64,000 nucleotides of DNA from NCBI RefSeq assembly GCF_003334335.1, contig NZ_QOWQ01000001.1. One strand, written 5' to 3'. The stretch comes from Escherichia coli. Its GTDB lineage: Bacteria > Pseudomonadota > Gammaproteobacteria > Enterobacterales > Enterobacteriaceae. The notes beneath the pieces were generated by a model. The model ran no database searches and was not told where the DNA came from. It saw only the letters and a program-made list of their open reading frames with translations. Position numbers and translations under genes: made by a program. The first letter of the stretch is position 1. The number at the start of each line of letters is the position of its first letter. This document shows, piece by piece, positions 1 to 10,323 of this stretch.

Positions 1-1
1 G

Positions 2-1801
2 CGTATCCACGTTGTAGGGAAAGGCCAGGCTGCGAATCCGGTGGCCTGCCATCACTGCAACAATGCCCCTTGCGTTACGGCTTGTCCGGTTAATGCTCTG
101 ACTTTCCAGTCCGATAGCGTACAACTGGACGAGCAAAAATGTATTGGTTGTAAAAGATGCGCAATCGCTTGCCCCTTTGGCGTCGTTGAGATGGTCGATA
201 CGATTGCGCAGAAATGCGACCTTTGTAACCAGCGCAGTTCCGGCACGCAAGCCTGTATTGAAGTTTGCCCAACACAGGCGTTACGACTGATGGACGATAA
301 AGGGTTGCAGCAGATAAAGGTGGCCCGCCAGCGCAAAACGGCAGCAGGAAAAGCGTCATCAGACGCTCAGCCATCTCGCAGTGCAGCGTTGCTCCCCGTT
401 AACTCGCGTAAAGGCGCAGATAAAATTTCAGCGAGTGAACGGAAAACCCACTTTGGCGAAATATATTGCGGGCTGGATCCACAACAAGCGACTTATGAGA
501 GTGACCGCTGTGTTTATTGTGCCGAAAAAGCTAACTGCAACTGGCATTGCCCGCTGCATAACGCTATTCCGGATTACATCCGTCTGGTACAGGAAGGAAA
601 GATTATTGAAGCGGCAGAACTTTGCCACCAGACCAGTTCCTTACCAGAAATTTGCGGCAGGGTATGTCCACAGGACCGTCTTTGTGAAGGCGCATGTACT
701 TTGAAAGATCACTCGGGCGCAGTCTCTATCGGTAATCTGGAACGCTACATCACCGATACCGCGCTGGCGATGGGCTGGCGTCCCGATGTCAGCAAAGTTG
801 TTCCCCGTAGCGAAAAAGTGGCGGTGATTGGCGCTGGGCCTGCAGGGTTAGGGTGTGCTGATATTCTGGCGCGCGCAGGAGTTCAGGTCGATGTCTTTGA
901 TCGCCATCCAGAAATTGGCGGTATGCTGACTTTTGGCATTCCTCCTTTCAAACTCGATAAAACGGTATTAAGCCAGCGGCGAGAGATATTCACCGCAATG
1001 GGAATCGACTTTCATCTTAACTGTGAAATTGGCCGCGATATTACCTTTAGCGATTTAACTTCTGAATATGATGCAGTTTTCATCGGCGTGGGGACTTACG
1101 GGATGATGCGAGCAGATCTGCCGCATGAAGATGCGCCCGGTGTCATTCAGGCTCTACCGTTCCTGACTGCCCATACCCGCCAGCTCATGGGATTGCCGGA
1201 GTCTGAAGAGTATCCGCTGACGGACGTGGAAGGTAAGCGAGTCGTGGTATTGGGCGGTGGCGATACGACAATGGATTGTTTGCGGACTTCCATCCGCCTC
1301 AATGCCGCCAGCGTGACCTGCGCGTATCGTCGTGATGAAGTCAGTATGCCGGGCTCGCGCAAAGAGGTGGTTAATGCGCGCGAGGAAGGTGTCGAGTTTC
1401 AGTTCAATGTTCAACCGCAATATATCGCTTGTGACGAAGATGGGCGTTTAACTGCGGTGGGCCTGATTCGTACCGCCATGGGTGAGCCGGGGCCGGATGG
1501 TCGCCGTCGTCCTCGTCCGGTAGCGGGTTCAGAGTTTGAATTGCCCGCCGATGTTCTGATTATGGCCTTTGGTTTCCAGGCGCATGCCATGCCGTGGTTG
1601 CAGGGCAGCGGAATTAAACTCGATAAATGGGGCCTGATTCAAACCGGTGACGTCGGGTATTTACCTACCCAGACGCATCTGAAAAAAGTCTTTGCTGGTG
1701 GTGATGCAGTTCATGGCGCGGATCTGGTTGTCACTGCAATGGCCGCAGGAAGGCAGGCGGCGCGCGATATGTTAACTCTGTTTGATACGAAGGCATCGTG
1801 A
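2..1801 (+). CDS. ygfT: Fused 4Fe-4S ferredoxin / GltD-like NAD(P)H-FAD oxidoreductase. The 5' end lies outside the window; the reading frame is open from nt 2.
   Basis: The ORF is open to the window edge. It has CxxCxxCxxxCP ferredoxin motifs followed by [11 protein letters not shown] and GGGDTAMDC dinucleotide-binding motifs. The sequence is recognised as the E. coli YgfT/AegA family. Confidence 0.9.
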
Positions 1802-2289
1802 TGAAATCGTTAATTATCGTTAATCCGGCTGACTGTATTGGCTGCCGTACTTGTGAAGTAGCCTGTGTGGTCGCTCACCCTTCAGAACAGGAGTTGAATG
1901 CCGATGTCTTTTTACCCCGGCTGAAGGTACAGCGACTGGACAGCATCAGTGCGCCGGTGATGTGCCATCAGTGTGAAAACGCCCCTTGTGTTGGCGCTTG
2001 CCCCGTGGGGGCGCTGACGATGGGCGAGCAGGTGGTGCAGACCAATTCTGCCCGTTGTATTGGCTGTCAGAGTTGCGTCAGTGCGTGCCCGTTTGGAATG
2101 ATCACCATTCAGTCGTTGCCGGGGGATACCCGACAACAAATTGTGAAATGCGATCTCTGTGAACAGCGGGAAGAGGGGCCAGCCTGCGTTGAATCTTGCC
2201 CAACACAGGCGCTGCAGTTGCTTACTGAAAGAGAACTCAGGCGAGTCCGCCAGCAGCGTATTGTTGCCAGCGGTGAGAATCCTCTCTGA
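1801..2289 (+). CDS. ygfS: 4Fe-4S dicluster ferredoxin-type protein
   Basis: The protein is 162 aa from the ATG at 1801, and a GTG at 1798 is also in frame. The start overlaps the ygfT stop. It carries four CxxCxxCxxxCP-type motifs. Confidence 0.9.
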
Positions 2290-2295
2290 AAGAAA

Positions 2296-2319
2296 TCTCC
2301 GCGCTGAAAGGCGCGGAGA
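2296..2319. terminator. Hairpin between the convergent genes ygfS and ghxQ
   Basis: A 9-bp stem (tctccgcgc / gcgcggaga) with a 6-nt loop. On the minus strand it is followed by tttcttt. Confidence 0.6.
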
Positions 2320-2324
2320 ATCTA

Positions 2325-3692
2325 TTAGATTGCCCAACCACCCGCGTAAAATGCGACCAGTGCGGCAGTAATGATCACCGTACCAATATTCAGCTTTTGC
2401 CATTCGCGTGCAAAGACGCGGCCTACGACCAGTGTCACAAAGCCCAGCATAATACCGGTAACGATATTACAAGTCAGAACGATGAACACGGCACACACCA
2501 GGCCAGCCATAGCGTCAATAAAATCATTGAAATCCAGCTTCGAGACGTTACTTAACATCAGCAAACCTACGTACATCAGAGCGGGTGCAGTGGCGTAACC
2601 AGGGATCAAAAATGACAGCGGTGATAAAAACAGAATTAACAGGAATAACGCCCCCACTACGGTTGCGGTTAAACCTGTTTTACCCCCGGCGGCGGTTCCT
2701 GCCGCTGATTCGATATAAACCGCTGCGGGCGCTGCGCCCACCAGGCCGGAGAATATTGAACTTACTGAGTCACTGGTCAGGGCTTTGCCGCCGTTGATGA
2801 TCTGGTTGTCTTTATCCAACAAATTCGCCTGACCGGCGACGGCACGGATGGTGCCAGTAGCGTCGAACACTGCGGTCATCACCAATGCCAGTACACTCGG
2901 AAGTACAGTTGGCTGGAGTGCACCCATAATATCGAGGCTGAAAATCAGAGACTTACCATCTTCGCCAGTCAGGCTTGGCATCGCCACCAGACCGTGGTAT
3001 TTCACCGCTGGGTCAAAGATTAAGCCGATGATCGAAATTGCAATAATCACCAACAAGATCCCGCCGGGTACGCGACACTTCTCCAGGCCGAAGATGACCG
3101 CCAGCCCCAGCAAGCTCATCATCACCGGGAAGGAGGTAAACGCACCGAGCGCCACTGGCAAGCCTTCAATCGGGTTTTTGATAACCATACCCACACCGTT
3201 AGCAGCAATCAGCAGCAGAAACAGCCCGATACCGATACCTGTACCGTGAGCGATACCCATCGGCAAATTACGTAAGATCCAGGTACGCACACCGGTTACG
3301 GAAATGGCGGTGAAGATGACGCCCATCAGAAATACCGCGCCCAGTGCGACAGGAACGCTAATTTGTTGCCCGAGTACCAGACTGAATGCGGTAAACGCCG
3401 TCAAGGAAATCGCGCAACCAATCGCCATTGGCAAATTAGCCCATAATCCCATCAGCAACGAGCCGAAGCCCGCGACCAGACAGGTGGCAACAAACACAGC
3501 TGCGGGAGGAAAACCTGCTTTGCCCAGCATTCCCGGAACGACGATAACGGAATAAACCATGGCCAGAAAGGTCGTTAAGCCAGCCAGTACTTCCTGACGA
3601 ACGGTACTGCCACGAGCGGTAATTTTAAAATAATTATCCAGCGCGCCCTGTGGCTTTGGTGCGTCCGGTGTTTGTAGGATGTCTCCAGACAT
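2325..3692 (-). CDS. ghxQ: Guanine/hypoxanthine permease (NCS2/AzgA-like family)
   Basis: A 455-aa polytopic membrane protein. The N-terminus [34 protein letters not shown] is recognised as GhxQ (YgfQ). Confidence 0.92.
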   Translation of the reverse strand: MSGDILQTPDAPKPQGALDNYFKITARGSTVRQEVLAGLTTFLAMVYSVIVVPGMLGKAGFPPAAVFVATCLVAGFGSLLMGLWANLPMAIGCAISLTAFTAFSLVLGQQISVPVALGAVFLMGVIFTAISVTGVRTWILRNLPMGIAHGTGIGIGLFLLLIAANGVGMVIKNPIEGLPVALGAFTSFPVMMSLLGLAVIFGLEKCRVPGGILLVIIAISIIGLIFDPAVKYHGLVAMPSLTGEDGKSLIFSLDIMGALQPTVLPSVLALVMTAVFDATGTIRAVAGQANLLDKDNQIINGGKALTSDSVSSIFSGLVGAAPAAVYIESAAGTAAGGKTGLTATVVGALFLLILFLSPLSFLIPGYATAPALMYVGLLMLSNVSKLDFNDFIDAMAGLVCAVFIVLTCNIVTGIMLGFVTLVVGRVFAREWQKLNIGTVIITAALVAFYAGGWAI

Positions 3693-3727
3693 AATGATGT
3701 CCTCACGAGGATGTTAAAGTTTTATTA

Positions 3728-5047
3728 TTAGTTGCGTTCGTACACCAGACGACCATCAACGTAGGTGCGGTAGATCGAACGGTCATCGCCCAACGTCATC
3801 ATCACGAACAATTTGTCGACTAAAGAAACAGAGTTGTCATAGCGCAGCTGCTGTAGCGGAGTGGCGGTGGGTTCCATCACCACGAAATCAGCCTCTTTGC
3901 CAGGTAAAAAGTTGCCAATCAAATCGTCAAGGCCCAGAGATTTCGCTCCGCCGAGCGTGGCCAGGTAAAACGCTTCATATGCCGAGAGGCGATAGCCTTG
4001 TAATTGCAATACTTTGTAGGCTTCGTTCAGCGTTTGCAGCATGTTGAAAGTGGTTCCGGCACCGATATCCGTTCCCATGCCCACTTTAACTTTCTTCTGC
4101 CATGCTTTTTTCAAGTTGAATAAGCCGCTGCCGAGGTAAAGGTTGGAGGTCGGACAGAAAGCAATGCTGGATTTGGTTTCGCTGAGACGATCCCACTCTT
4201 TTTCTTCGAGATGGACGCAGTGAGCAAAGACACAGTTTTTACCGGTCAGGCCGTACTGATGGTAAACATCCAGATAACCATCATGGTCAGGATAAAGCGA
4301 TTTCACCCAGGCAATTTCATCTTTGTTTTCACAGAGATGGGTATGTACCCACGTATCCGGATATTCTTCTTTCAGGCGTTGCGCCATCGCCATCTGTTCA
4401 GGAGATGAGGTCGGGGCGAAGCGTGGCGTAATCGCATATAGCAGACGACCATTTTTGTGCCAGCGTTCGATCAGTTCTTTGCTTTGGTGATAGCTGCTTT
4501 CGGCAGTGTCGAGCAGATAATCCGGTGCGTTGCGGTCCATCATCACCTTACCGGCAATCATACGCATATTGATATGACTGGCGGCTTCAAACAGCGCATC
4601 AACAGATTGCGGATGAACAGTGCCAAACACCAGCGCCGTGGTGGTTCCGTTACGTAAAAGCTGCTTGATGAAGAACGCCGACATTTCGCGGGCGTACTCT
4701 AAATCCTCATAACGACGTTCAGTAGGGAAGGTGTGTTTATTCAACCACTCCAGCAATTGCTCACCATAGGCCCCCACCATTTCACTTTGCGGATAATGGA
4801 TATGTGTATCGACAAAGCCCGGTACTATCAGTTTGCCGCGATAGTCGCGCACGCGAATGGTGTCAGGAATTTGATGCTTTCCGTTTTCCCATTCGCCAAA
4901 CCATTCCACTTTTCCCTGTTTAATGAGTAATAAACCATCCTCAATAAACCGCAGCGCAGAGGCAATCTCTTCCGGGTTATCGATCGTACGGGTGACATCA
5001 ATAAAACTGCCTCGTACCGCTTTTAACGTGTGTTCTCCTGACATCAT
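3728..5047 (-). CDS. guaD: Guanine deaminase
   Basis: 439 aa from the start MMSGEHTLKAVRG. It has the amidohydrolase motif PGFVDTHIHYPQ. The upstream 40-codon extension in the ORF track was discarded. Confidence 0.93.
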   Translation of the reverse strand: MMSGEHTLKAVRGSFIDVTRTIDNPEEIASALRFIEDGLLLIKQGKVEWFGEWENGKHQIPDTIRVRDYRGKLIVPGFVDTHIHYPQSEMVGAYGEQLLEWLNKHTFPTERRYEDLEYAREMSAFFIKQLLRNGTTTALVFGTVHPQSVDALFEAASHINMRMIAGKVMMDRNAPDYLLDTAESSYHQSKELIERWHKNGRLLYAITPRFAPTSSPEQMAMAQRLKEEYPDTWVHTHLCENKDEIAWVKSLYPDHDGYLDVYHQYGLTGKNCVFAHCVHLEEKEWDRLSETKSSIAFCPTSNLYLGSGLFNLKKAWQKKVKVGMGTDIGAGTTFNMLQTLNEAYKVLQLQGYRLSAYEAFYLATLGGAKSLGLDDLIGNFLPGKEADFVVMEPTATPLQQLRYDNSVSLVDKLFVMMTLGDDRSIYRTYVDGRLVYERN

Positions 5048-5061
5048 TGACTCCTTTACTG

Positions 5062-6462
5062 TTAATCCATCTCTTCCGCTGAGGTAATACCAGGCAGAAC
5101 GTTTTCCTGTCGGTAGCCACCAGGGAGGATAATATTTAATAAAATCGCAGTTAACCCGCCAGCACAAATAGGGTTTTCAACTAATACATAAATAGAGGCT
5201 GGCAATATTTTAAAAATTTCGGGATCGTAGGAGACGCCAAGCCCTAAACCTAAAGAAGTGGCGACAATAAGTGTTTCACGGCGCTTTAAACCGTTGGTGA
5301 TGATGATGCGAATCCCTGCGATGGCAATCATGGAAAACATCAACGTCATTGCGCCTCCCAGAACTGCCGAGGGAATGGTCGTGAAGAAGCTGCCAATCAT
5401 CGGAAATAAGCCGAGGATAACCAGCATTACCGCGATGGTTCGCCCGACATAACGTGAAGCGACGCCAGTCATCTGAATAACCCCATTATTTTGCGCAAAC
5501 GTGGTTAATGGTAATGAACCGACAGCGGAGGCGATAACAGAAACCAGACCATCTGCCAGCACGCCGCCTTTCAGCCGGGACTGATACTCTTCCCCCTGAA
5601 TGGGGCGGCGGGAAACCATTGCCGTGGCGGTGATATCGCCGACTGCTTCCAGCACGCTAAGCAGATAAATCGTGCCAACCACCAGGAACTGATGGAAGCT
5701 AAAACTAAAGCCGTATTTGAACGGATGCGGGATGGTGATTAACGGCAAATTGCGCATACTGCTGAAATCCACCATGCCCAGGCATAACGATGCGATATAG
5801 CCGACACATAGCCCAATGGCGATCCCTCCCATGCGTAGCAACGGACTGCGACAGCAGTTAAAGCCGATCACCACAATTAAAACCAATAAACCAACGCCGA
5901 GATGTTCGTAATTGCCGAACGTACCGCTGCTTTTGGCTGCAAATCCTCCACCAAAATCGATAATGCCGACTTTAATCAGGCTTAAGCCGATCATCAGTAC
6001 CACAATACCGCTGACGGTAGGCGTAATAACCCGACGTAAATAGGGCAAGATAAATGAAGATCCGACAACCAGAAATGCGCCAACGAAGGAGACGCCGAGA
6101 AGCGACGACATGATTAACTCTTCGTGAAAACCGTCGCTTTTCATGCTGCTGCCCAGCGCAATCATGACCGTAACAAATGAAAAATTGACTGACTGAATTG
6201 AGAGTAGGCCAGAACCGACGATGCCGTAGCGGTTTACTTGTAACCAGGTACCAATACCAGAGGCGATCATCGCCATAGAAACAAGATAGGCAGTTGTTTC
6301 AGCGGAAAGCTGTAAGGCCGCACCCACGATTAACGCGGGGGTTACCATCGGAACGAAAATTGCCAACAGATGGGTAATGGCACCAACGAGAGCCTGATGA
6401 AAGGGAGGGCGATCCTCCAGTTCAAATATAAGGTCAGAACCTGCATGGTTTATATCAGACAT
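5062..6462 (-). CDS. xanQ: Xanthine permease (NCS2/NAT family)
   Basis: 466 aa from MSDINHAGSDL, with the SD aaggag upstream. The sequence is recognised as XanQ (YgfO). Confidence 0.92.
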   Translation of the reverse strand: MSDINHAGSDLIFELEDRPPFHQALVGAITHLLAIFVPMVTPALIVGAALQLSAETTAYLVSMAMIASGIGTWLQVNRYGIVGSGLLSIQSVNFSFVTVMIALGSSMKSDGFHEELIMSSLLGVSFVGAFLVVGSSFILPYLRRVITPTVSGIVVLMIGLSLIKVGIIDFGGGFAAKSSGTFGNYEHLGVGLLVLIVVIGFNCCRSPLLRMGGIAIGLCVGYIASLCLGMVDFSSMRNLPLITIPHPFKYGFSFSFHQFLVVGTIYLLSVLEAVGDITATAMVSRRPIQGEEYQSRLKGGVLADGLVSVIASAVGSLPLTTFAQNNGVIQMTGVASRYVGRTIAVMLVILGLFPMIGSFFTTIPSAVLGGAMTLMFSMIAIAGIRIIITNGLKRRETLIVATSLGLGLGVSYDPEIFKILPASIYVLVENPICAGGLTAILLNIILPGGYRQENVLPGITSAEEMD

Positions 6463-6601
6463 CCCTTCACTCCTTTTAAAGTAAATTTGATCATCTGAAT
6501 TAGTAAAATAAATTCCCACGAATTTGGGGCGCAGGACGCCTTGAGAACGGCTTATCTCATTTTCGCAGTCACTATTTAGTCATCGTTCAAACAGAGAAAC
6601 A

Positions 6602-6617
6602 GGCCGCCGAAGCGGCC
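6602..6617 (-). terminator. Probable intrinsic terminator after xdhD
   Basis: On the minus strand the hairpin is ggccgc-ttcg-gcggcc, followed by tgtttctctgttt. Confidence 0.55.
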
Positions 6618-6626
6618 ATTTATTAT

Positions 6627-9497
6627 TTATATTTTTTCCAGCGCAGTGAGTATTTTCTCCGGTGTGAAATGCCATTCGCGTAACCAGATGCCGCATGCAT
6701 CGTGAATTGCGGTAGCAATCGCCGGAGCTGCGCCATTTACACCGATTTCCGAGATCGATTTCGCCCCGAACGGGCCGACTTTATCGTCGCTCGGCACCAG
6801 CACAGCGCGGAAATCACGCGGAATGTCACCAATTTTCGGTGCGCCGTAACTGCGTAAATCACGCGTTAACGGGTGACCTTCGGCGTCATAAATGATCTCT
6901 TCGCTCATACTGTGGCCGATAGCACGCAGGGTGGCACCGTAGATTTGTCCCAACGCTAACTCTGGATTGACCGGTGTACCGCAGTCCAGCAAGGCGTAGA
7001 ATTTATCCAGGCGGATTTCACCCGTACGCGTGTTGACGGCAACTTCAGCGAAGTTTGCGCCATACGGGAAGGCGAAATCAGGCGTGATATAACTGCCAGT
7101 TCCCACCAGTGAACCAAAGCCGGTGCCGGTTTCGCCTTTATGGGCAATATCCCCGAAACTAACTTCGCCTTTCTTGCCGCGCACGACGCCCGGCGTTGCC
7201 AGTTGAACATCTGCCACTGGCTCACCCAACATTTGCGCGCCGTGGAACAGAATTTTCTCCCGTAGATTTTCCGCTGCCAAACGCGCCGCGTTACCCGAGA
7301 AGCAAGTACCGGACGAGGCATATGCGCCTTTATCAAACAACGCATGATCGGTATCACCGGAGATAACATGCACGTCCTGCGGTGGGCAGTGCAGCACTTC
7401 TGCTGCCAGTTTCGTCACTACAGTATCCAGACCAGTACCAATATCCGCACCGCCAGAATGAACGATAAAGGTGCCGTCCGATTCCAGTTTGATCATGCAG
7501 TTAGCCTGATCGATATCCGGGATACCCGATTTCTGCATGATAATGGCGACGCCGCGACCGATGTGCCAGTCACCATTTTGCGGTTTCGGTGACGACCATT
7601 GGATCATCTCGCGACCCTGACGCAGGATCTCTTCCAGTGCACAGCTGGCGGCGGAAGGAACGGAGGTCGGCGCTTTACCTTCACCGATTGCACCGAGAAT
7701 TTTCAGCTCTTGCCCTTCGTGTACCCGGTTACGTTCGATAATTTCCAGTTGGTCGATCTGTAACTGTTCAGCCAGTTCCGCTAATGCCATGGTGATAGCG
7801 AAGTTACCTTTCGGTGCGCCATAACCCTGATAAGCACCATTTGGGCAAATGTTGCTGTAGTAGGTGGTGACCTGGAAATCGACGTTATCGCACGGATATA
7901 ACGGCAGCGACAGCGCCGGTCCGTTACACGGTACGGTGAGTGAGTGGTTGCCGTAAGGGCCAGTGTTGGCGCGGAAATCCATCTTCACTGCCGTCAGGCG
8001 ACCATCTTTTTTCGCTCCCAGTTTGACGGTGACTTTCGCGACGTGACGAGAGGTGTTAGCAATAAACTCTTCTTCACGGGTGTAGCGGAACAGTACCGGA
8101 CGCCCGGTCACGCAGGTTGCCCAGGCGCACACTTCTTCCAGCAGGATGTCCTGTTTGGAACCAAAACCGCCGCCAACTCGCTCTTTAATGACATGAACTT
8201 TATGCTGTTTCATGCCCACGAGGCGCGCGACCTGGCGGCGTAAGTGCCATGGTACCTGGGTGGAGGCGTGGATAACCAGACGATCGCCGTCCATACGAGT
8301 AAAGCAGATATGTGTTTCAGTCGGGCACTGCTGCGCTTGCGTTGAGTTATAGGTTCGCTCAATGATCACATCGGCATCGGCAAAGCCTTTGTCCATATCG
8401 CCAATATGACCATGAATACTGGCGGCGATATTTTTGCGAGGGCGAGAACCGATCGGGAAGTTGATGATCATATGCTCGCCGCGCTGGGCTGCATGGCTGT
8501 TATCGTCTTCCAGAGTATCTGGCGCACCAGCAACATACACCACCGGTTCATCGTGCACGACAGGCGCATCTTCCGCCATTGCTTCGTCGATCGACATTAC
8601 CGGCTTAAGCACTTCATATTCAACGTCGATGAGCTTCAGTGCTTCGAGCGCAATTTCTTCACTTTCTGCGACGACCGCAGCAACACGATCGCCGACGTGA
8701 CGCATTTTCTTGCCGAACATACGGCGGTCAAGCGGTGACGGTTCCGGTGCGCTCTGACCACCCGGGGTATAGTAGATATCCGGGCAATTCAGGTGAGTAA
8801 TAACGTGAACGACGCCCGGTAAGGCTTCAGCTTTGCTGACATCCAGATGAGTAATCAGTGCGTGAGCGTGTGGGCTACGTAACATTTTAATGACGCAGGC
8901 GTCAGCCGTTACGCGGTCTTCAACATAGCAGGGTTTCGCCTGCACCATTTTCGCGGCATCAGTTTTAGGATAATGCTTACCAATGACTTCTAGGTCGTCA
9001 CGGAAAGTCGGAGCGATATCAATGGTGGCCTGCGGATTATTTTTACGTGCAACCGCCAGTTCAATGACCTGATAGTATTGCTGCCAGCCAGCATCGCGGC
9101 TGAACAAACCAGAAAGCGCGTCGTCGATCTCTTCGCGGGTAGGTGCGGCGATGCGATCGAGAAGATCGGTGATAATCAGAGCTGCAGCTGGATCGTTATA
9201 ACCAGACTGCACCACGCCAACATCAACCATTGCCTGTTGAACCAGACTTAACTCGTTCCATTTGCCCAGAGATTCTGCGGTACGAATATCTGCCTTCTCT
9301 AACTGTGCGGCAATAAGCAAGGACGCGTTAACGATATTACCGTTAAAGATTATTGCGTCAGAACCGGCAAACCCGAAACCATCATCACTGTTGCGTACAG
9401 AGTGCATTCCCATGTTAAACAACAGCTTTTGCACGTTTTCGCCTGGATTAACGGTTAGCTCCTGAGGCGCGCCATTTAAAGTAAAGTGGATGATCAT
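6627..9497 (-). CDS. xdhD: Molybdopterin hydroxylase large subunit with a fused N-terminal 2Fe-2S-like domain (putative hypoxanthine oxidase / selenate reductase Mo subunit)
   Basis: 956 aa. The central and C-terminal parts match the aldehyde oxidase / xanthine dehydrogenase a/b-hammerhead and Moco-binding domains (GGGFG motif). The sequence is recognised as XdhD (YgfN). Confidence 0.93.
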   Translation of the reverse strand: MIIHFTLNGAPQELTVNPGENVQKLLFNMGMHSVRNSDDGFGFAGSDAIIFNGNIVNASLLIAAQLEKADIRTAESLGKWNELSLVQQAMVDVGVVQSGYNDPAAALIITDLLDRIAAPTREEIDDALSGLFSRDAGWQQYYQVIELAVARKNNPQATIDIAPTFRDDLEVIGKHYPKTDAAKMVQAKPCYVEDRVTADACVIKMLRSPHAHALITHLDVSKAEALPGVVHVITHLNCPDIYYTPGGQSAPEPSPLDRRMFGKKMRHVGDRVAAVVAESEEIALEALKLIDVEYEVLKPVMSIDEAMAEDAPVVHDEPVVYVAGAPDTLEDDNSHAAQRGEHMIINFPIGSRPRKNIAASIHGHIGDMDKGFADADVIIERTYNSTQAQQCPTETHICFTRMDGDRLVIHASTQVPWHLRRQVARLVGMKQHKVHVIKERVGGGFGSKQDILLEEVCAWATCVTGRPVLFRYTREEEFIANTSRHVAKVTVKLGAKKDGRLTAVKMDFRANTGPYGNHSLTVPCNGPALSLPLYPCDNVDFQVTTYYSNICPNGAYQGYGAPKGNFAITMALAELAEQLQIDQLEIIERNRVHEGQELKILGAIGEGKAPTSVPSAASCALEEILRQGREMIQWSSPKPQNGDWHIGRGVAIIMQKSGIPDIDQANCMIKLESDGTFIVHSGGADIGTGLDTVVTKLAAEVLHCPPQDVHVISGDTDHALFDKGAYASSGTCFSGNAARLAAENLREKILFHGAQMLGEPVADVQLATPGVVRGKKGEVSFGDIAHKGETGTGFGSLVGTGSYITPDFAFPYGANFAEVAVNTRTGEIRLDKFYALLDCGTPVNPELALGQIYGATLRAIGHSMSEEIIYDAEGHPLTRDLRSYGAPKIGDIPRDFRAVLVPSDDKVGPFGAKSISEIGVNGAAPAIATAIHDACGIWLREWHFTPEKILTALEKI

Positions 9498-10273
9498 ACG
9501 GCTTCCTCCCCAGCCTGTTGGCAGTCGGCATACAGGTCGGCTACCAGAACTCCCGTGATATAGCGTTTATAGGCCACGCTGCCCCGCAAATCTTCCTGCG
9601 GGAAAATGGCGTTGGCGACAGCCTGTTCAAGTGCATTGCCTTCCAGATTTTGTTTTTCGACATCATGCAGACGCAGTGCTTTACTGGCGACGCCATCCAG
9701 CGCAATTCGCATACCGTCGTGGTCTGTCATTGCAACGGCTGCCGTCACGACGGTTAAACCTGCCTGAGAACGGCTAATTTTGCGGGTCGCACAGGTGCGA
9801 TACGGATCTTTAATGATAATTTCGGTTAGCAGGCGATCGCATGGGCAGGCCAGGTAGTCCTCGATTGACAGCGTTTCGCCGTTGCCAAAAACCAGTTCAG
9901 CATCCAGTGCCAACAGGACGGGAAGCAGCACCGACTCTTCCTGGCGGGCGGCGATTTCACCACCAATGGTCGACTGATTACGAACATGGCGTGAGTAAAC
10001 AAAACCGAGGGCTTCACGCAGCGCTGCAGGAATAAATCGCGCATCACGCAGTGGCTGCAAGCGAGACATTGCGCCAATCCGCAGTGCACCGTTATCCCAG
10101 TCAACCCAGTCCAGTTCCAGATCCTGTAAGGAAATGGCAATCTTTTTATCGGTACGGGTTGGTGTAGCATTGAGTTTGCTGCCCCCGGCGAACCAGACGG
10201 CTTCATCCTGGTAGCGGCGCTTCAGTTCCAGCGCCTGTTCGACAGAGTCGGGCCTGAAAAATTGTTCAATCAT
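9494..10273 (-). CDS. ygfM: FAD-binding subunit of the molybdenum hydroxylase (CO dehydrogenase flavoprotein-like)
   Basis: 259 aa. The stop overlaps the xdhD start by 4 nt (ATGA). It resembles XdhB (AGGS/TxL motif). Confidence 0.9.
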   Translation of the reverse strand: MIEQFFRPDSVEQALELKRRYQDEAVWFAGGSKLNATPTRTDKKIAISLQDLELDWVDWDNGALRIGAMSRLQPLRDARFIPAALREALGFVYSRHVRNQSTIGGEIAARQEESVLLPVLLALDAELVFGNGETLSIEDYLACPCDRLLTEIIIKDPYRTCATRKISRSQAGLTVVTAAVAMTDHDGMRIALDGVASKALRLHDVEKQNLEGNALEQAVANAIFPQEDLRGSVAYKRYITGVLVADLYADCQQAGEEAV

Positions 10274-10323
10274 CTTCTTTCCTTATTTAACCCTCTTCCC
10301 TGCGGGAAGAGGGCATCTGTCAT

